NCBI RefSeq assembly: GCF_009914755.1
Contig: NC_060928.1
Reading direction: 5' to 3' (one strand)
Source: the human T2T-CHM13v2.0 reference genome, Homo sapiens
Length of the DNA stretch: 64,000 nt
A model generated the notes under the pieces. It worked only from the letters and a program-made list of their open reading frames with translations. It did not search any database and was not told where the DNA came from. The translations under genes and the position numbers were made by a program. The first letter of the stretch is position 1. Every line of letters begins with the position of its first letter. This document shows positions 27,575 through 41,355 of this stretch, in pieces.

Positions 27575-27990
27575 TGTGATGTCGTTTACTTGATGCCCTC
27601 TGGTTTAAGCTAGAAAATAAAAGCCTATACAGAAATTACTTGACTACATTTTCAAACCTCTTGCTCCACATCTGGGCAAGCTGATGAGAAAGCCAAAATA
27701 CCCCTTCCCTTGGTGACAAGTTCAAACTGTTCAAATCCAAGCCCATGCGTGCAAAACCCTCATCAACACTATCTCCTAAGGAAAAAAAAAAAAAAGCCAA
27801 TCTTCTCTCCTTGGTCTCTCAAATGGTTTTCAAACCTGCTTGGAAGCCTACCCTGCTTTCCCTAGCAAGCCTCATTTTGTGAGTGATAAACTTTCATACT
27901 CTGTTGGTGCATGTGTGGTATTATCAGTCTTGACAGCTTACTAAATTTGGAGTCGTGGGGATCTATCCCGACTTCGCAGAATCAGTACAG
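27575..27990 (+). mobile_element. Old ERVL-class solo LTR (MER77/MER74-like, family uncertain)
   Basis: 'tctgggcaagctgatgagaaagcc...aagttcaaac', 'gcctcattttgtgagtgataaactttcatac', with TG...CA-like ends. Confidence 0.55.
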
Positions 27991-28139
27991 CATGAATGAA
28001 CAAAAAATGGAAGAATATCCTATTAAGGCAAATGTATTAGCCAAAATAGTTCATTATGACACTCTTCATTCTCTATTTTTAGCAACACTGTTTCTGTCAC
28101 TTACTTTTCCAAAACACACCAAACTTAGTTGCTTAAGAG

Positions 28140-31100
28140 GTTTGCTTCTGCTTAGGATGTAGAAATCTCAAGAATTGCATGACCATCCCAATGACAAGAA
28201 GAAAAAAAATAAACCTGGTTATTCTGTCCCCAAGGAACAGGGCATAACTCGATTGCTTTTAGGGTAAAAGCAAAAATCAAAAGCCTTCCCCCACCCCCAC
28301 CCCCACAAAGTAGGGCTAGGAAAACCTTTTGGATCCAGGATACTGAACCAAAACAAAAAGACAGACAACCACTGATTTTGTAGCTACGGACTTTTTTATG
28401 TTGTCATCAAAGAATTCCATCTGCATAATTTCTAAGTTTTGCTATTTATTGAGGGTTTTGTTAGTGTTTTATGACTGAACGAAATTATATATTTTCTTTT
28501 TTCAAGTTTCGTATGTCACTATATTTTAATTAAGTGAACACTACTATCTTTTTTTTTTTGAGGCGGAGTTTTGCTCTTGTCGCCCAAGCTGGAGTACAAT
28601 GGCGTGTGATCTCCGCTCACTGCAACCTCCCCTACTGGGTTCAAGTGATTCTCCTGCTTCAGCGTCCCAAGTAGCTGGGATTACAGGCGCCTGCCACTAC
28701 GTGCAGCTAATTTTTGTATTTTTAGGAGCGACAGGGTTTCACCATGTTGGTCAGGATGGTCTCTAACTCCTGTCCTCAGGTGATCCACCCGCCTTGGTCT
28801 CCCAAAGTGGTGGGATTACAGGCGTGAGCCATCACGTCCGGTCATGTATGTTCTTTAGATTGTATTCATTTTAACCCGTTTGGTCTATGAAGAATCAAGA
28901 TGGGTATTTAAAAATTTTAGTAATGTGTTTCTATTTCCTTTTTTACTTCTTGTCTTCTTTTGTCATGATATTCAGTGATTTCAAGTATGCTGCATAGATA
29001 TCATTGACTATGTCACCACATTGAAAATTGACCCTCTAATATTATTATAAAGTAATTTATAACTTACTTAGCATAATGAATAATCTTAGCCTAATGAATT
29101 TAATCTTAGCATAATGAATAATAATGGTTTATTTTGCTTTGTTTTCTGTTTTTTTTAAACATTTGTCTCACATGCTAATCCTAATCCTTACATTTTCAAT
29201 ATTTTCTAAAACACTTTAATATAGTTTGTAACCTGAGGAAGACTAATATTCTGTTTCGAGATGCAATAGAATAAAATTACCTTTAATAGATGAGTTCAGA
29301 CCACATATATTCTTTGACAGAGTCTTATTTTTGCCATATAGGTTTATTAGAATCTCAACTTTCAAACCTTTAAAAATCATAAAATATTTATTGCTTTGTC
29401 TTTTGTGTGTATGTTTACATGTATTTTGATTGAATATTGAGTTTGTAATGTTTGTTTTCTAGTAGTTAATTTCACAAACTCAATTTTACATGTTACCTGT
29501 TAATCTTCTATTTCTTTAGACAGCATTTTTAATCTGTCTTCAAATAAGCACTGTTACAGCTAGCACATTTTCTCCTTTACTGTATTCTTATTTCTTTTTC
29601 TTTTGCAAAATTACAAATTTATTTGATTATCTTGCCTCTCATAATTTAATTTTTTCCAATATAATCGATATGTACTATTAGAAAAATTCTTTTTTAGCGA
29701 TATAATTTAGGAAACTATCACATACTACCTCACACATTAACTTTCCCATCTGTGAATTTTTGAATTAATAGTTTATTATTATTACTATTATTTGAGTGTC
29801 TTAATATTAAGTTCTGTTATGTAACAATATTATTAATATTTTGGTCCCATTTGAGTTGTCTTATTTACTACTCTAAGTTGCTTTCGTGTGACCCCGGCCT
29901 CCTTGCCTTAGCTCACCTTTCAAAGAAAATATTTCTTCGAAAAGAATTCAGGAGAAAACTACATCCTCATCTTATTCACGAAATATGTGAAGAGGATATG
30001 CATATATTCATCTCTTAAATGAATGATAGTTCATACGGATACAGTTTTGGGGTCACTTTCTTTACTTAAGGACTCTATGTTTCACAGCATTGACTGTTGC
30101 AATGAGAAATATCAAGGGTTAGACTAAATTCTCTTCATTATATCTTGGCTTTGTCTTCAGAATGACCCAAGGCATTCTTTCATTATCTTTGAATCCCAAC
30201 TTTTTTTTTTTTTTTAAGTCAGGGCATTTCAATAATTATTTAGTTTTAAATTTTCACTCCCTCAACTCTTATGTTCTTTTCTGAAGCAGTTTAAAAAGAT
30301 TCAAACAGGATCCCTTCCTACTGACTTAAAAAGGTACATTTTTGAACACCAATAAGGTTTATAAGTACAATGGGTTAAAGTGCATTAAATTTGGTAAACG
30401 CGTAAATTTATAATGATACTAAGACACTCCTTGATTGCTTTTGAAATGTATGGAGAAATTAACTGATTATTTGGGAAACTGAGAAATGATTGAAAAGAAT
30501 CAACCATTTATCTTACCCTTTCTTTATGAATTTTACCTAGGGTAACACAATAGAAGAGAGGATTTTTAAATATAAAAATGTTCTATTTCACAATTAAAGA
30601 ATTTTGTGACACATAAAAAATGAATGAATGCAGACAATAGTCATAAAAGGCTGCTAAAAACACATAAAGGAATAACAAGGCATTTTATATTTTATGATGG
30701 AAATATATAATACCTCCTATGATGTAGTCTTGCCAAAAATCAACCTCAGTGATTCTCTGGATATAAATACCTATTTTCAAGAGACACATTAAGAGAAAAA
30801 TATGTTAAGCCACAACATAGGGAAGCAATTCCAAATCATAGGAAACCTTATGAGAAAAACGACCTTTTTCTTTGTAATAAAAACAGCAACAAAAATTGCA
30901 AGGGAAAAAAGATGGAGGGAAACACAAAAGATTAAGACTGTCTTTGAGACAAAATACTCCTAACAAATGGAGCAAAAGTAAATTTTATCAAAAAATTTGA
31001 GTAATATGAATATTGATAATATTAAGGTATTATTGTTTTAGTACTGATTTGGGATGTGGGCCACAGTAGCATTGGAGTTATGTGTAAAAGTAGAGTCCTT

Positions 31101-31340
31101 GTCACTCATAAATGCGTAACACCTAATTTATAGATAAAATGATATAATTTCTGAAATTTGATTTAAAAGAACATGGAAGGTCATATGGGTGGTAGTAAAG
31201 GGAAAAGTAGATTGTTTTAAAATTGATATTGTTTTTAAGTTTTATAAGGGGTACATAGGTATTATTTTATTCTTTTTCTTGTGTGTATGTGTGTGTGTGT
31301 ATATTTATATATGTTTTACATTTTCCATTGAAAAGGCAAA
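28140..31340. mobile_element. Patchwork of very old L1M (MC/MD/ME-type) fragments
   Basis: L1-like T-rich antisense tracts at ~28400-30200 and an A-rich L1MC/ME-type 3' region at ~30300-31340 ('gatgtagtcttgccaaaaatcaacc'). Boundaries are approximate. Confidence 0.45.
28550..28843 (-). mobile_element. Alu (AluSq/Sx-like)
   Basis: Full dimeric Alu on the reverse strand. No TSD is evident. Confidence 0.96.
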
Positions 31341-32462
31341 ATAATATTATTTCTGGTAAGATAATTTGTTTTAATTGGGGGGGAGTCAGAATGCAAAACA
31401 AAGAAGAATATAGGATACATTTCACGAAAATGAATTTTGGATCCATGGATCCACACCTACAACTTTGATTACAATTTTGTCATGAATTAGAACATGAAGT
31501 GAATTTACATAAAATAAATGAACAAAGATGTTATCTGGCATAGTATATTCGATGATTATTAATTGATTTTTTTGTTAAGTTCTCAAGTGTCCCTAATATT
31601 ATTTGAATACCTTGCTGGAAAAGCTTCAAGAGTAAATGACAAGGGTAATCTATATAAAACTCATACAGATTTAAAAATTGTTATATATGAGGAAAGACAG
31701 AAGAAAATTATAGTATTTTAGAGAAAAAAAAGATGCTAATGAGAAATTAGTCATGTTCATTATCCTTAAACCTTGCATATTTTACTTTCTGACTCAATTC
31801 CAACCAGATAAAATAATGTGCATTTTTTAGCATACCTTTCTGGAAAAGATAAGTGATTTGACAAATTATTTTGACTAATCTTTAGAGTTTTTATTATATT
31901 TTGATGCATTTAAATTAGTTTTTAATATATATGTGTCATACAATTCCATCTTTTCAAATATGCTCTGTTTGTGTTGAAATAAAAACTTAGTACCCCTGAT
32001 TGTTTCAGCCCTCCATATTCAAAATATCATTTTTAAATTAATGACCAGTTAGTCATGTGGAGTGTATTTCTGTGTCTGTTTTGACAGAAAGAGAGGGAAA
32101 GGGAGGAGAGAAAGAGAGAGAAAGCATATGAAAGACAAGAAATGATGATGGCTTGATGTGCAATTTAGGGTCTTCCATGAATATTAATATTGATCCGCTC
32201 TTCCAGTATTTTTTCTAAGACATTCCAGGAAATCTGTCTGTTTTCAAAAGATGCAAAACTATCAATTGTTTTAGATAACTATTTTAATTATTTTGGTAAA
32301 TATTTTCTTACCAGCTTTCAGAGGTTACAGCCAACAAGTGAGTATACCATTGCATCTATAGACAGAATCATAATTCTTCAGGAGTCATCATCTTTGAAGT
32401 TAACATGAATAAATAGTTCTGAAAAGAAATGTGAGTGCCTTTACATGCAAAATATATACATA

Positions 32463-32766
32463 TTTTTGAGATGAAGTTTCATTCCTGATGCCGAGGCTGG
32501 AGTGCAGTGGCACAATCTCGGCTCACTGCAAACTCCACCTTCCGGGTTAAGTCATTCTCCTGCCTCAGCTTCCCAAGTAGCTGGGACTACAGGAGCCCGC
32601 CACCATGCCTGGCTAATTTTTTTTTTTTTTTTTTTTTTTTGTATTTTTAGTTGAGATGGGGTTTCACTGTGTTAGCCAGGATGGTCTCGATTTCCTGACC
32701 TCGTGATCTGCCTGCCTCGGCCTCCCAAAGTGCTGGGATTACAGGCATGAGCCATCATGCCTGGCC
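32463..32766 (-). mobile_element. Alu (AluY/Sc-like) with an expanded middle A-tract
   Basis: 'gttagccaggatggtctcgatttcctgacctcgtgatc' and a T-run at 32617-32640. Confidence 0.96.
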
Positions 32767-33859
32767 AGCATTGTTCTTATTTCTAAATTAAAATCTGAAT
32801 AATCTTTTGAAACTTCCCATAGCTGACCAAATACTGGATTACAGAGAGAAGTCAGGGAAAATCACTTTATTTCACTGCTTATGAAAGGAGACTGAATTAT
32901 TCATGGTAGTTGAGTGGCATTATTTAACTGATTGTAATTATACAACCAATTAGGTACTTGTTTAATTGAAATTTGCCCCAAGAAACATTTCACAATTTTT
33001 AACAAATATGGTTACTGCTAAACTTCAATTGTCATGGAATATAAAACAGCTTACTAAACAGTGTATGTACTACCATTTCTCTTTTTTGAAAGGCAGATTA
33101 AGTCTTTTACACTTTTTTTTCAGAAGAGATACTTATGCAAAGAAGGATATTATCCACAAAAGACTGATTCTTATAGATTCTGGAGATACAAATCTACCTT
33201 GGGTATATTTTTATCAACATTCCTGAAGTTAAATTTCAAGCTGTATCACTGCATGTGTTTAAACCCAGCTTAAATTTGTAGATCTTTTCCCCCTCTAGTC
33301 CTGATTTTGGCAGCTTTCACCATATAGTAGAAAACATGTAGATACAGGCATTTTGTCAGATATGCTGATATAATTCAGTTAGTTTTTTAGCTAGACATTT
33401 GCTCAGGAGAATTTGTATGAAATAACTTTACCTTCAACATTGAAAAATATATGCATCTAGTGAAGTAGTGTTCAAGTTAAGAAAAATATTCTGTGTTAAA
33501 TATCTTGTAGAGTGTTTAATCATCATTTTGGGGGATTTGTGTCTAATGTCAAAAAAATAATTATTTTACTTACGTAATTTTTATTCAACAATTAACCAAT
33601 AAACAGAGACACAGGAAATAAGTTAAAAAATCTTGCTTTCTGTTAAAAATAACACTCACTCTATGCATTCACCCTGGAGTTTCTTCATCCATTTCTTAGG
33701 ATCAAGGGACAAGAAGATATTTGTGTTCCCAGGCAAGCACAAAGGGTACTTTATCAACATTTTCATCCTTTTGGGAAAAGAGAAAATAAGCATTTAGACC
33801 TCAGCAAGCCTGCAGGCTCCGTGTGGGAGAAAAAGAACACCAAAAAAGACAGAGTAAAA

Positions 33860-33939
33860 GTGAATGCACAGGTCCTTAAGTTATTGGTTTCCTGTTATTG
33901 TGAATACACAAATCCCTAGGTTACTGGTTTCCCATTATG
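33860..33939 (+). repeat. 40-bp tandem duplication (2 copies, ~31/40 identical)
   Basis: gtgaatgcacaggtccttaagttattggtttcctgttatt / gtgaatacacaaatccctaggttactggtttcccattatg. Confidence 0.85.
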
Positions 33940-34070
33940 AAAACCTCTATATACTGAGGAGAGAGGTTCCATGATGGCCGAAGAGGTATAGCTCCAGTCT
34001 ACAGTTCCCAGCGTGAGTGACGCAGAAGGCAGGCGATTTGTGCATTTCCAACTGAGGTACCGGGTTCATC

Positions 34071-34397
34071 TCACTGGGGCTTGTTGGACAGTGGGTGCTG
34101 CCCACGGAGCATGAGCTGAAGCAGAGAAGGGCATTGCCTCACCCAGGAAGTGTAAGAGGTCTGGGAATTCCCTTTCCTAGCCAAGGGAAGCCGTGACAGA
34201 CAGTACCTGGAAAATCGGGACACTCCCACACTAATACTGCACTTTTCCAATGGTCTTAGCAAATGGCACATCAGCAGATTATATCCCACACCTGGCTCAG
34301 AGGGTCCCACGCCCACGGAGCCTCGCTTACTGCTAGCACAGCAGTCTGAGATCCAACTGCAAGGTGGCAGCAAGGCTCAGGGAGGGGCGGCCACCAT
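34071..34397 (-). pseudogene. L1 antisense ORF0 relic (nonsense codon at position 7)
   Basis: Reads MVAAPP*ALLPPCSWISDCCASSKRGSVGVGPSEPGVGY…, matching the primate L1 ORF0 peptide. Confidence 0.85.
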
Positions 34398-34970
34398 TGC
34401 TGAGGATTGAGTAGGTAAACAAAGCGGCCAGGAAGCTCGAACTGGGTGGAGCCCACTGCAGCTCAAGCAGGCCTGCCAGCCTCTGTAGACTCCACCACTG
34501 GGGGCAGGGCGTACCTGAACAAAAGTCAACAGAAATTTCTGCAGACTTAACATCGTTGTCTGACAGCTTTGAAGAGAGTAGTGGTTCTCCCAGCACAGAG
34601 TTTGAGATCTGAGAATGGACAGACTGCCTCCTCAAGTCGGTACCTGATCCTTGAGTAGCCTAACTGGGAGGCACCTCCCAGTAGGGGCCGACTGACACCT
34701 CATACAGCCAGGTACCCCTCTGAGACAAAGCTTCCAGAGGAAGGATCAGGAAGCAACATTTGCGGTTCTGCAATATTTGCTGTTCTGCAGCCTCCACTGG
34801 TGATACCCAGGCAAACAGGGTCGGAGTGGACCTCCAACAAACTCCAGCAGACCTGCAGCTGAGGCTCCTGACTGTTAGAAGGAAAACTAACAAACAGAAA
34901 GGACATTCACACCAAAACCCCATCTGTATGTCACCATCATCAAAGACCAAAGGTAGATAAAACCACAAAG

Positions 34971-35995
34971 ATGGGGAAAAACCAGAGCAGAAAAGCTGAA
35001 AATTCTAAAAATCAGAGTGCCTCTTCTCCTACAAAGGAATGCAGCTCCTCACCAGGAGCAGAACAAAGCTGGATGGAGAATGACTTTGACGAGTTGAGAG
35101 AAGAAGGCTTCAGAAGACTGGTAATAACAAACTACTCCGAGCTAAAGAAGGATGTTCAAACCCATCGCAAAGAAGCTAAAAACTTTGAAAAATGATTAGA
35201 CGAATGGCTAACTAGAAAAACCAGTGTAGAGAAGTCCTTAAATGACCTGATAGAGCTGAAAACCATGGCACAAGAACTTTGTGATGCATGCAGAAGCTTC
35301 AGTAGCCAATTTGATCAAGTGGAAGAAAGGGTATCAGTGATTGAAGATCAAATGAATGAAATGAAGCGAGAAGAGAAGTTTAGAGAAAAAAGTAAAAAGA
35401 AATGAACAAAGCCTCCAAGAAATATGGGACTATGTGAAAAGGCCAAATCCATGTCTGATTGGTGTACCTGAAAGTGACGGGGAGAATAGAACCAAGTTAG
35501 AAAACACTCTTCAGGATATTATCCAGGAGAACTTCCCTAACCTAGCAAGGCAGGCCAATGTTCAAATTCAGGAAATACAGAGAACGCCACAAAGATACTC
35601 CTCAAGAAGAGCAACTCCAAGACACATAATTTTCAGATTCACCAAAGTTGAAATGAAGGAAAAAATGTTAAGGGCAGCCAGAGAGAAAGGTCAAGTTACC
35701 CACATAGGAAAGCCCATCAGACTAACAGTGGAGCTCTTGGCAGAAACTCTACAAGCAAGAAGAGAGTGGGGGCCAATATTCAACATTCTTAAAGAAAAGA
35801 ATTTTCAACCCAGAATTTCATATCCAGCCAAACTAATCTTCATAAGTGAAGGAGAAATAAAATCCTTTACAGACAAATAAATGCTGAGAGATTTTTGTCA
35901 CCACCAGGCCTGCCCTACAAGAGCTCCTGAAGGAAGCACTAAACATGGAAAGGAACAACCAGTACGAGCCACTGCAAAAACATGCCAAATAGTAA
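34971..35995 (+). pseudogene. L1 ORF1p relic (stops and frameshifts)
   Basis: MGKNQSRKAENSKNQSAS… and …ENFPNLARQANVQIQEIQRTPQRYSSRRATPRHII…, split into fragments. Confidence 0.95.
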
Positions 35996-36058
35996 AGACC
36001 ATTGATGCTAGGAAAAACCTGCATCAGCTAATGAGCAAAATATCCAGCTAACATCATA

Positions 36059-39000
36059 ATAACAGGATCAGATTCACACATAACAATATTAATCTTAAAT
36101 GTAAATGGGCAAAATGCTCCAATTAAAAGACACAGACTGGCAAACTGCATAAAGAGTCAAGACCCATCAGTGTGCTGTATTCAGGAAACCCATCTCACAT
36201 ACAGAGACACATATAGGCTTAAAATAAAGGGATGAAGGAAGATCTAACAAGAAAATGGAAAACAAAACAAAACAAAAAAGCAGGAGTTGCAATCCTAATC
36301 TCTGATAAAACAGACTTCAAACCAACAAAGATCAAAAGAGACAAAGAAAGCCATTACATAATGGTAAAGGGATCAATTCAACAAGAAGAGCTAACTATCC
36401 TAAATATATAGGCACTCAATACAGGAGCACCAGATTCATAAAGCAAGTCCTTAGAGACCTACAAAGAGATTTAGACTCCCACACAATAATGATGGGAGAT
36501 TTTAACACCCCACTGTCAACATTAGACAGATCAATGAGACTGAAAGTTAACAAGGATTTCCAGGAATTCAACTCAGCTCTGCAGCAAGCGGACCTAATAG
36601 ATATCTACAGAACTCTCCACCCCAAATCAACAGAATATACATTCTTCTCAGCACCACAATGCACTTATTCCAAAATTGACCACATGGTTGGAAGTAAAGC
36701 ACTCCTCAGAAAATGTAAAAGAACAGAAATTATAACAAACTGTCTCTTAGACCACAGTGCAATCAAACTAGAACTCAGGATTAAGAAACTCACTCAAAAC
36801 AACTCAACTACATGGAAAATGAACAACCTGCTCCTTAATGACTATGGGGTAAATAACGAAATGAAGGCAGAAATAAAGATGTTCTTTGAAACCAATGAGA
36901 ACAAAGTCACAACATACCAGAATCATCTGGGACACATTTAAAGCAATGTGTAGAGGGAAAGTTTTAGCACTAAATGCCCACAAGAGAAAGCAGGAAAGAT
37001 CTAAATTTGACACACTAACATCACAATTAAAAGAACTAGAGAAGCAAAAGTAAACACATTCAAAAGCTAGCAGAAGGCAAGAAACAACTAAGATCAGAGC
37101 AGAACTGAAGGAGATAGAGGCACAAAAAACCCTTCAAAAAATCAATGAATCCAGGAGCCGTTTTTTTGAAAAGATCAACAAAATTCATACACTGCTAGCA
37201 GGACTAATAAAGAAGAAAAAAGAGAAGAATCAAATAGATGCAATAAAAAATGATAAAGGGGATATCACCACCGATCCCACAGGAATACAAACTACCATCA
37301 GAGAATACTATAAACACTTCTACACAAATAAACTAGAAAATCTAAAAAATTAGATAAATTCCTGGACACACACACCCTCCCAAGACTAAACCAGGAAGAA
37401 ATTGAATCCCTGAGTAGATCAATAACAGGGTCTGAAATGGAGGCAATAATTAATAGCCTACCAACCAAAAAAGTCCAGGGCCTGAGAGATTCACAGTCGA
37501 TTTCTACCAGAGGTACAAAGAGGAGCTGGTACCCTTCCTTCTGAAACTATTCCAATCAATAGAAAAAGAGGGACTTCTCCCTAAGTCATTTTATGAGGCC
37601 AGTATCATCCTGATACCAAAGTCTGGCAGAGACACAACAAAAAACAGAGAATTTTAGACCAATATTCCTGATGAACATTGATGCAAATATCCTCAATAAA
37701 ATACTGGCAAACCAAATCCAGCAGCACAGCACAAAACTTATCCACCACAATCAACTTGGCTTCATCCCTGGGATGCAAGGCTGGTTCAACATATGCAAAT
37801 CAATAAATGTAATCCATCATATAAACAGAACCAAAGATAAAAACCACATGATTATCTCAATAGATGCAGAAAAGGCCTTTGACAAAATTCAACAGCCCTT
37901 TATGCTAAGAACTCTTAATAAACTAGGTATTGATGGGACGTATCTCAAAATAATGAGAACTATTTATGACAAACCCACAGCCAATATCATACTGAATGGG
38001 CAAAACTGGGAAGCATTCCCTTTGAAAAGTGGCATAAGACAGGGATGCCCTCTCTCACCACTCTTATTCAACATAGTGTTGGAAGTTCTGGTCAGGGCAA
38101 TCAGGCAGGAGAAAGAAATAAAGGGTATTCAATTAGGAAAAGAGGAAGTCAAATTGTCCCTGTTGGCAGATGACATGATTGTATAGTTAGAAAACCCCAT
38201 CATCTCAGCCCAAAATCTCCTTAAGCTGAAAAGGAACTTCATCAAACTCTCAGGATGCAAAATCAATGTGCAAAAATAGCAAGCATTCCTATACACCAAA
38301 AACAGACAAACAGAGAGCCAAATCATGAGTGAACTCCCATTCACAATTGCTTTAAAGAGAATAAAATACTTAGGAAACCAACTTACAAGGGATGTCAAGG
38401 ATCTCTTCAAGGAGAACTACAATCCACTGTTCAACGAAATAAAAGAGGACACAAACAAATGGAAGAACATTCCATGCTCATGGATAGGAAGAATCAATAT
38501 CGTGAAAATGGCCATACTGCCCAAAGTAATTTATAGATTCAATGCCATCCCCATCAAGCTACCAATGACTTTCTTCACAGGATTGGAAAAATCTACTTTA
38601 AAGTTCATATGGAACCAAAAAAGAGCCCACATTGCCAAGACAATCCTAACCCAAAAGAACAAAGATGGAGGCATCACGTTACCTGACTTCATACTATACT
38701 ACAAGGCTACAGTAACCAAAACAGCATGGTACTGATACCAAAACACAGATATAGACCAACGGAACAGAACAGAGCCCTCAGAAATAATACCACACATCTA
38801 CAACCATCTGATCTTTGACAAACCTTACAAAAACAAGCAACTGGGAAAGGATACCCTATTTAATAAATGGTGCTGGGAAAACTGGCTAGCCATTTGTAGA
38901 AAGCTGAAATGGGATCCCTTTCTTACACCTTATACAAAAATTAATTCAAGATGGATTAAAGACTTAAATGTTAGACCTACACCATAAAAACCCTAGAAGA

Positions 39001-39897
39001 AAACATAAGCAATACCATTCAGGCCATAGGCATGGGCAAGGACTACATGACCAAAACACCAAAAGCAATGGCAACAAAAGCCAAAATTGAGAAATGGGAT
39101 CCAATCAAACTAAAGGGCTTCTGCACAGCAAAAGAAACTACCATCAGAGTGAACAGGCAACCTACAGAATAGGAGAAAATTTTCACAATCTACACATCTG
39201 ACAAAGGGCTAATATCTAGAATCTACAAAGAAACAAATTTGCAAGAAAAAAATCAAACAACCCCATCCAAAAGTAGGTGAAGGATATGAACAGACACTTC
39301 TCAAAAGAATATATTTATGCAGCCAACAGACACATAAAAAAATGCTCATCATCACTGGTCATCAGAGAAATGCAAATCAAAATCAAAATGAGATACCATC
39401 TCACACCAGTTAGAATGGCAATCATTAAAAAGTCAGGAAACAACAGGTACTAGAGAGGATGTGGAGAAATAGGAACACTTTTACACTGTTGGTGGGACTG
39501 TAAACTTTTTCAACCATTGTGGAAGACAGTGTGATGATTCCTCAAGGATCTAGAACTAGAAATACCATTTGACCCAGCCATCCCATTACTGGGGATATAC
39601 CCAAAGGATTATAAGTAATGCTGCTATAAAGACACATGCACACTTATGTTTATTGTGGCACTGTTCACACTATTCACAATAGCATAAACTTGGAACCAAC
39701 CCAAATGTCCATCAATGATAGACTGGAATGAGAAAATGTGGCACATATACACCATGGAATACTATGTAGCCATAAAAAAGGATGAGTTCATGTCCTTTGT
39801 AGGGACATGGATGAAGCTGGAAACCATCATTCTCAGCAAACTATCGCAAGGACAGAAAACAAAACACCACATGTTCTCACTCATAGTTGGGAATTGA
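36059..39897 (+). pseudogene. L1 ORF2p (endonuclease/RT) relic
   Basis: Start codon mutated to ATA. EN motif [10 protein letters not shown] motifs [16 protein letters not shown] and LADD (consensus FADD), followed by a TAG. Many stops. Confidence 0.95.
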
Positions 39898-40093
39898 ACA
39901 ATGAGAACACTTGGACACAGGGTGGGGAACATCACACACTGGGGCCTGTCCTGGGTTTGGGGTGGGGGAGGGGTAGCATTGGGAGATATACCTAATGTAA
40001 ATGATGAGTTAAAGGGTGCAGCACACCAACATGGCACATGTATACATATGTAACAAACCTGCACATTGTGCACATGTACCCAAGAACTTAACG

Positions 40094-40133
<40 letters not shown>

Positions 40134-40278
40134 CCTGAATATACTGAGACTTCTGTCTTGACAGATGGTTCATACTCAAAATTGCATCAAATGTGGGGGA
40201 GGCACTATCTCAGTTTAGCATTTAGGAACTGTTTTAGTTTAAAGACCTGTCATCATTTTAGGTCTTATATAGAGATGG

Positions 40279-40657
40279 TGTCGTTGCCTGGTTTTGCTGC
40301 TACAACAGAATATCTAGTATTGGGTAATATGTAATAAACAGAAATGTATTGGCTTACAGTTCTGAAGGCTGGATACTTAAGGCCAAGGTGCCAGCATGTT
40401 AGGTTTCTCTGCTTTCAAGACTGTACTTTGCACACTACATCCTCTGGATGGGAGGATCCTCACATGGCAGGAAGTCAGAAAGGCCAAGAGAGACAGCTCA
40501 TTACCCAAAACCTTTTTATTAAGTCATTAAACTCACCCATAGAGGTGGCATCCTAAAGGCCTAATCATCTCTTAAAGTCCCAACCTCTTTGTTCTGTTAT
40601 AATGACAATGGAGTCTCAACATAAGTTGTGGAGGGGATAAACATTAATACCATAGCA
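40279..40657 (-). mobile_element. MaLR LTR (MSTB-D-like)
   Basis: 'ttgctgctacaacagaatatctag...cagttctgaaggctgg...gaggggataaacattaataccatagca'. Confidence 0.85.
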
Positions 40658-41285
40658 GATATTTATAAATAGTAGGACAAGTAGTCAAAGCTTATCTAGT
40701 CCTACACAGATAGAATATTTTAAGCTGACTGATCCAAGAAGACAGCATGACTCTTAGCCAAGGGCTCTGTAAGGTCAAAGGTAATTTTCAGAGAGGACTG
40801 ATGCTGAAGACATAACCACAACCAACTTCAGCAGCTGGAGGAATCTTTATTCAGTCTAAAAAGGAGATCTGGGTTTAGCAACATACAATGTTTTAGAATG
40901 AAACTTAATATTCATAAACACCTGTTCACTTATGCCTAAACTGGAGAAAAATTGCTATAAGCTTGTATAAGCTATAAAGAAGTGTGCTGCAGGTTGTGTG
41001 TGGGTGGCTAGGGGGTGTAGGGTAAATAAGGAAAGCATCTGATTGATTTAAATAGAGTTGAACTCTACAAAACTTTAAAATTAACAGCTAATTCTACTGA
41101 GAAATGAAGTTAGTTCTCAAAATATTTGAAAATAAAGGTAACGATTTAAAGATTCAAGAAACACGTATTTCTGATTGAAAGAATAAAAGGGAATATTTAC
41201 CTATAAAATGTTGAAAAAGATAGTTATCCATTATTTTGAGCTTAGGGTTTGAGTTCTTTTGATGCAGGCACAATGGTAGATGATA

Positions 41286-41303
41286 CTCTCTCTCTCTCTC
41301 TCT

Positions 41304-41355
<52 letters not shown>

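Larger units (their letters stand above)
33959..40129 (+). mobile_element. Full-length LINE-1, L1PA5/PA6-like, inactivated
   Basis: ~1 kb 5'UTR, ORF1 and ORF2 relics, 3'UTR with G-tract and (taa)n tail. TSD aaaacctctatatactgag (33940-33958) / aaaacctgaatatactgag (40130-40148). Confidence 0.98.

Noticed and set aside
33959-40129. Potentially active L1
   Set aside because: ORF1 and ORF2 have multiple stops and frameshifts, the ORF2 ATG is lost and the RT motif is altered.
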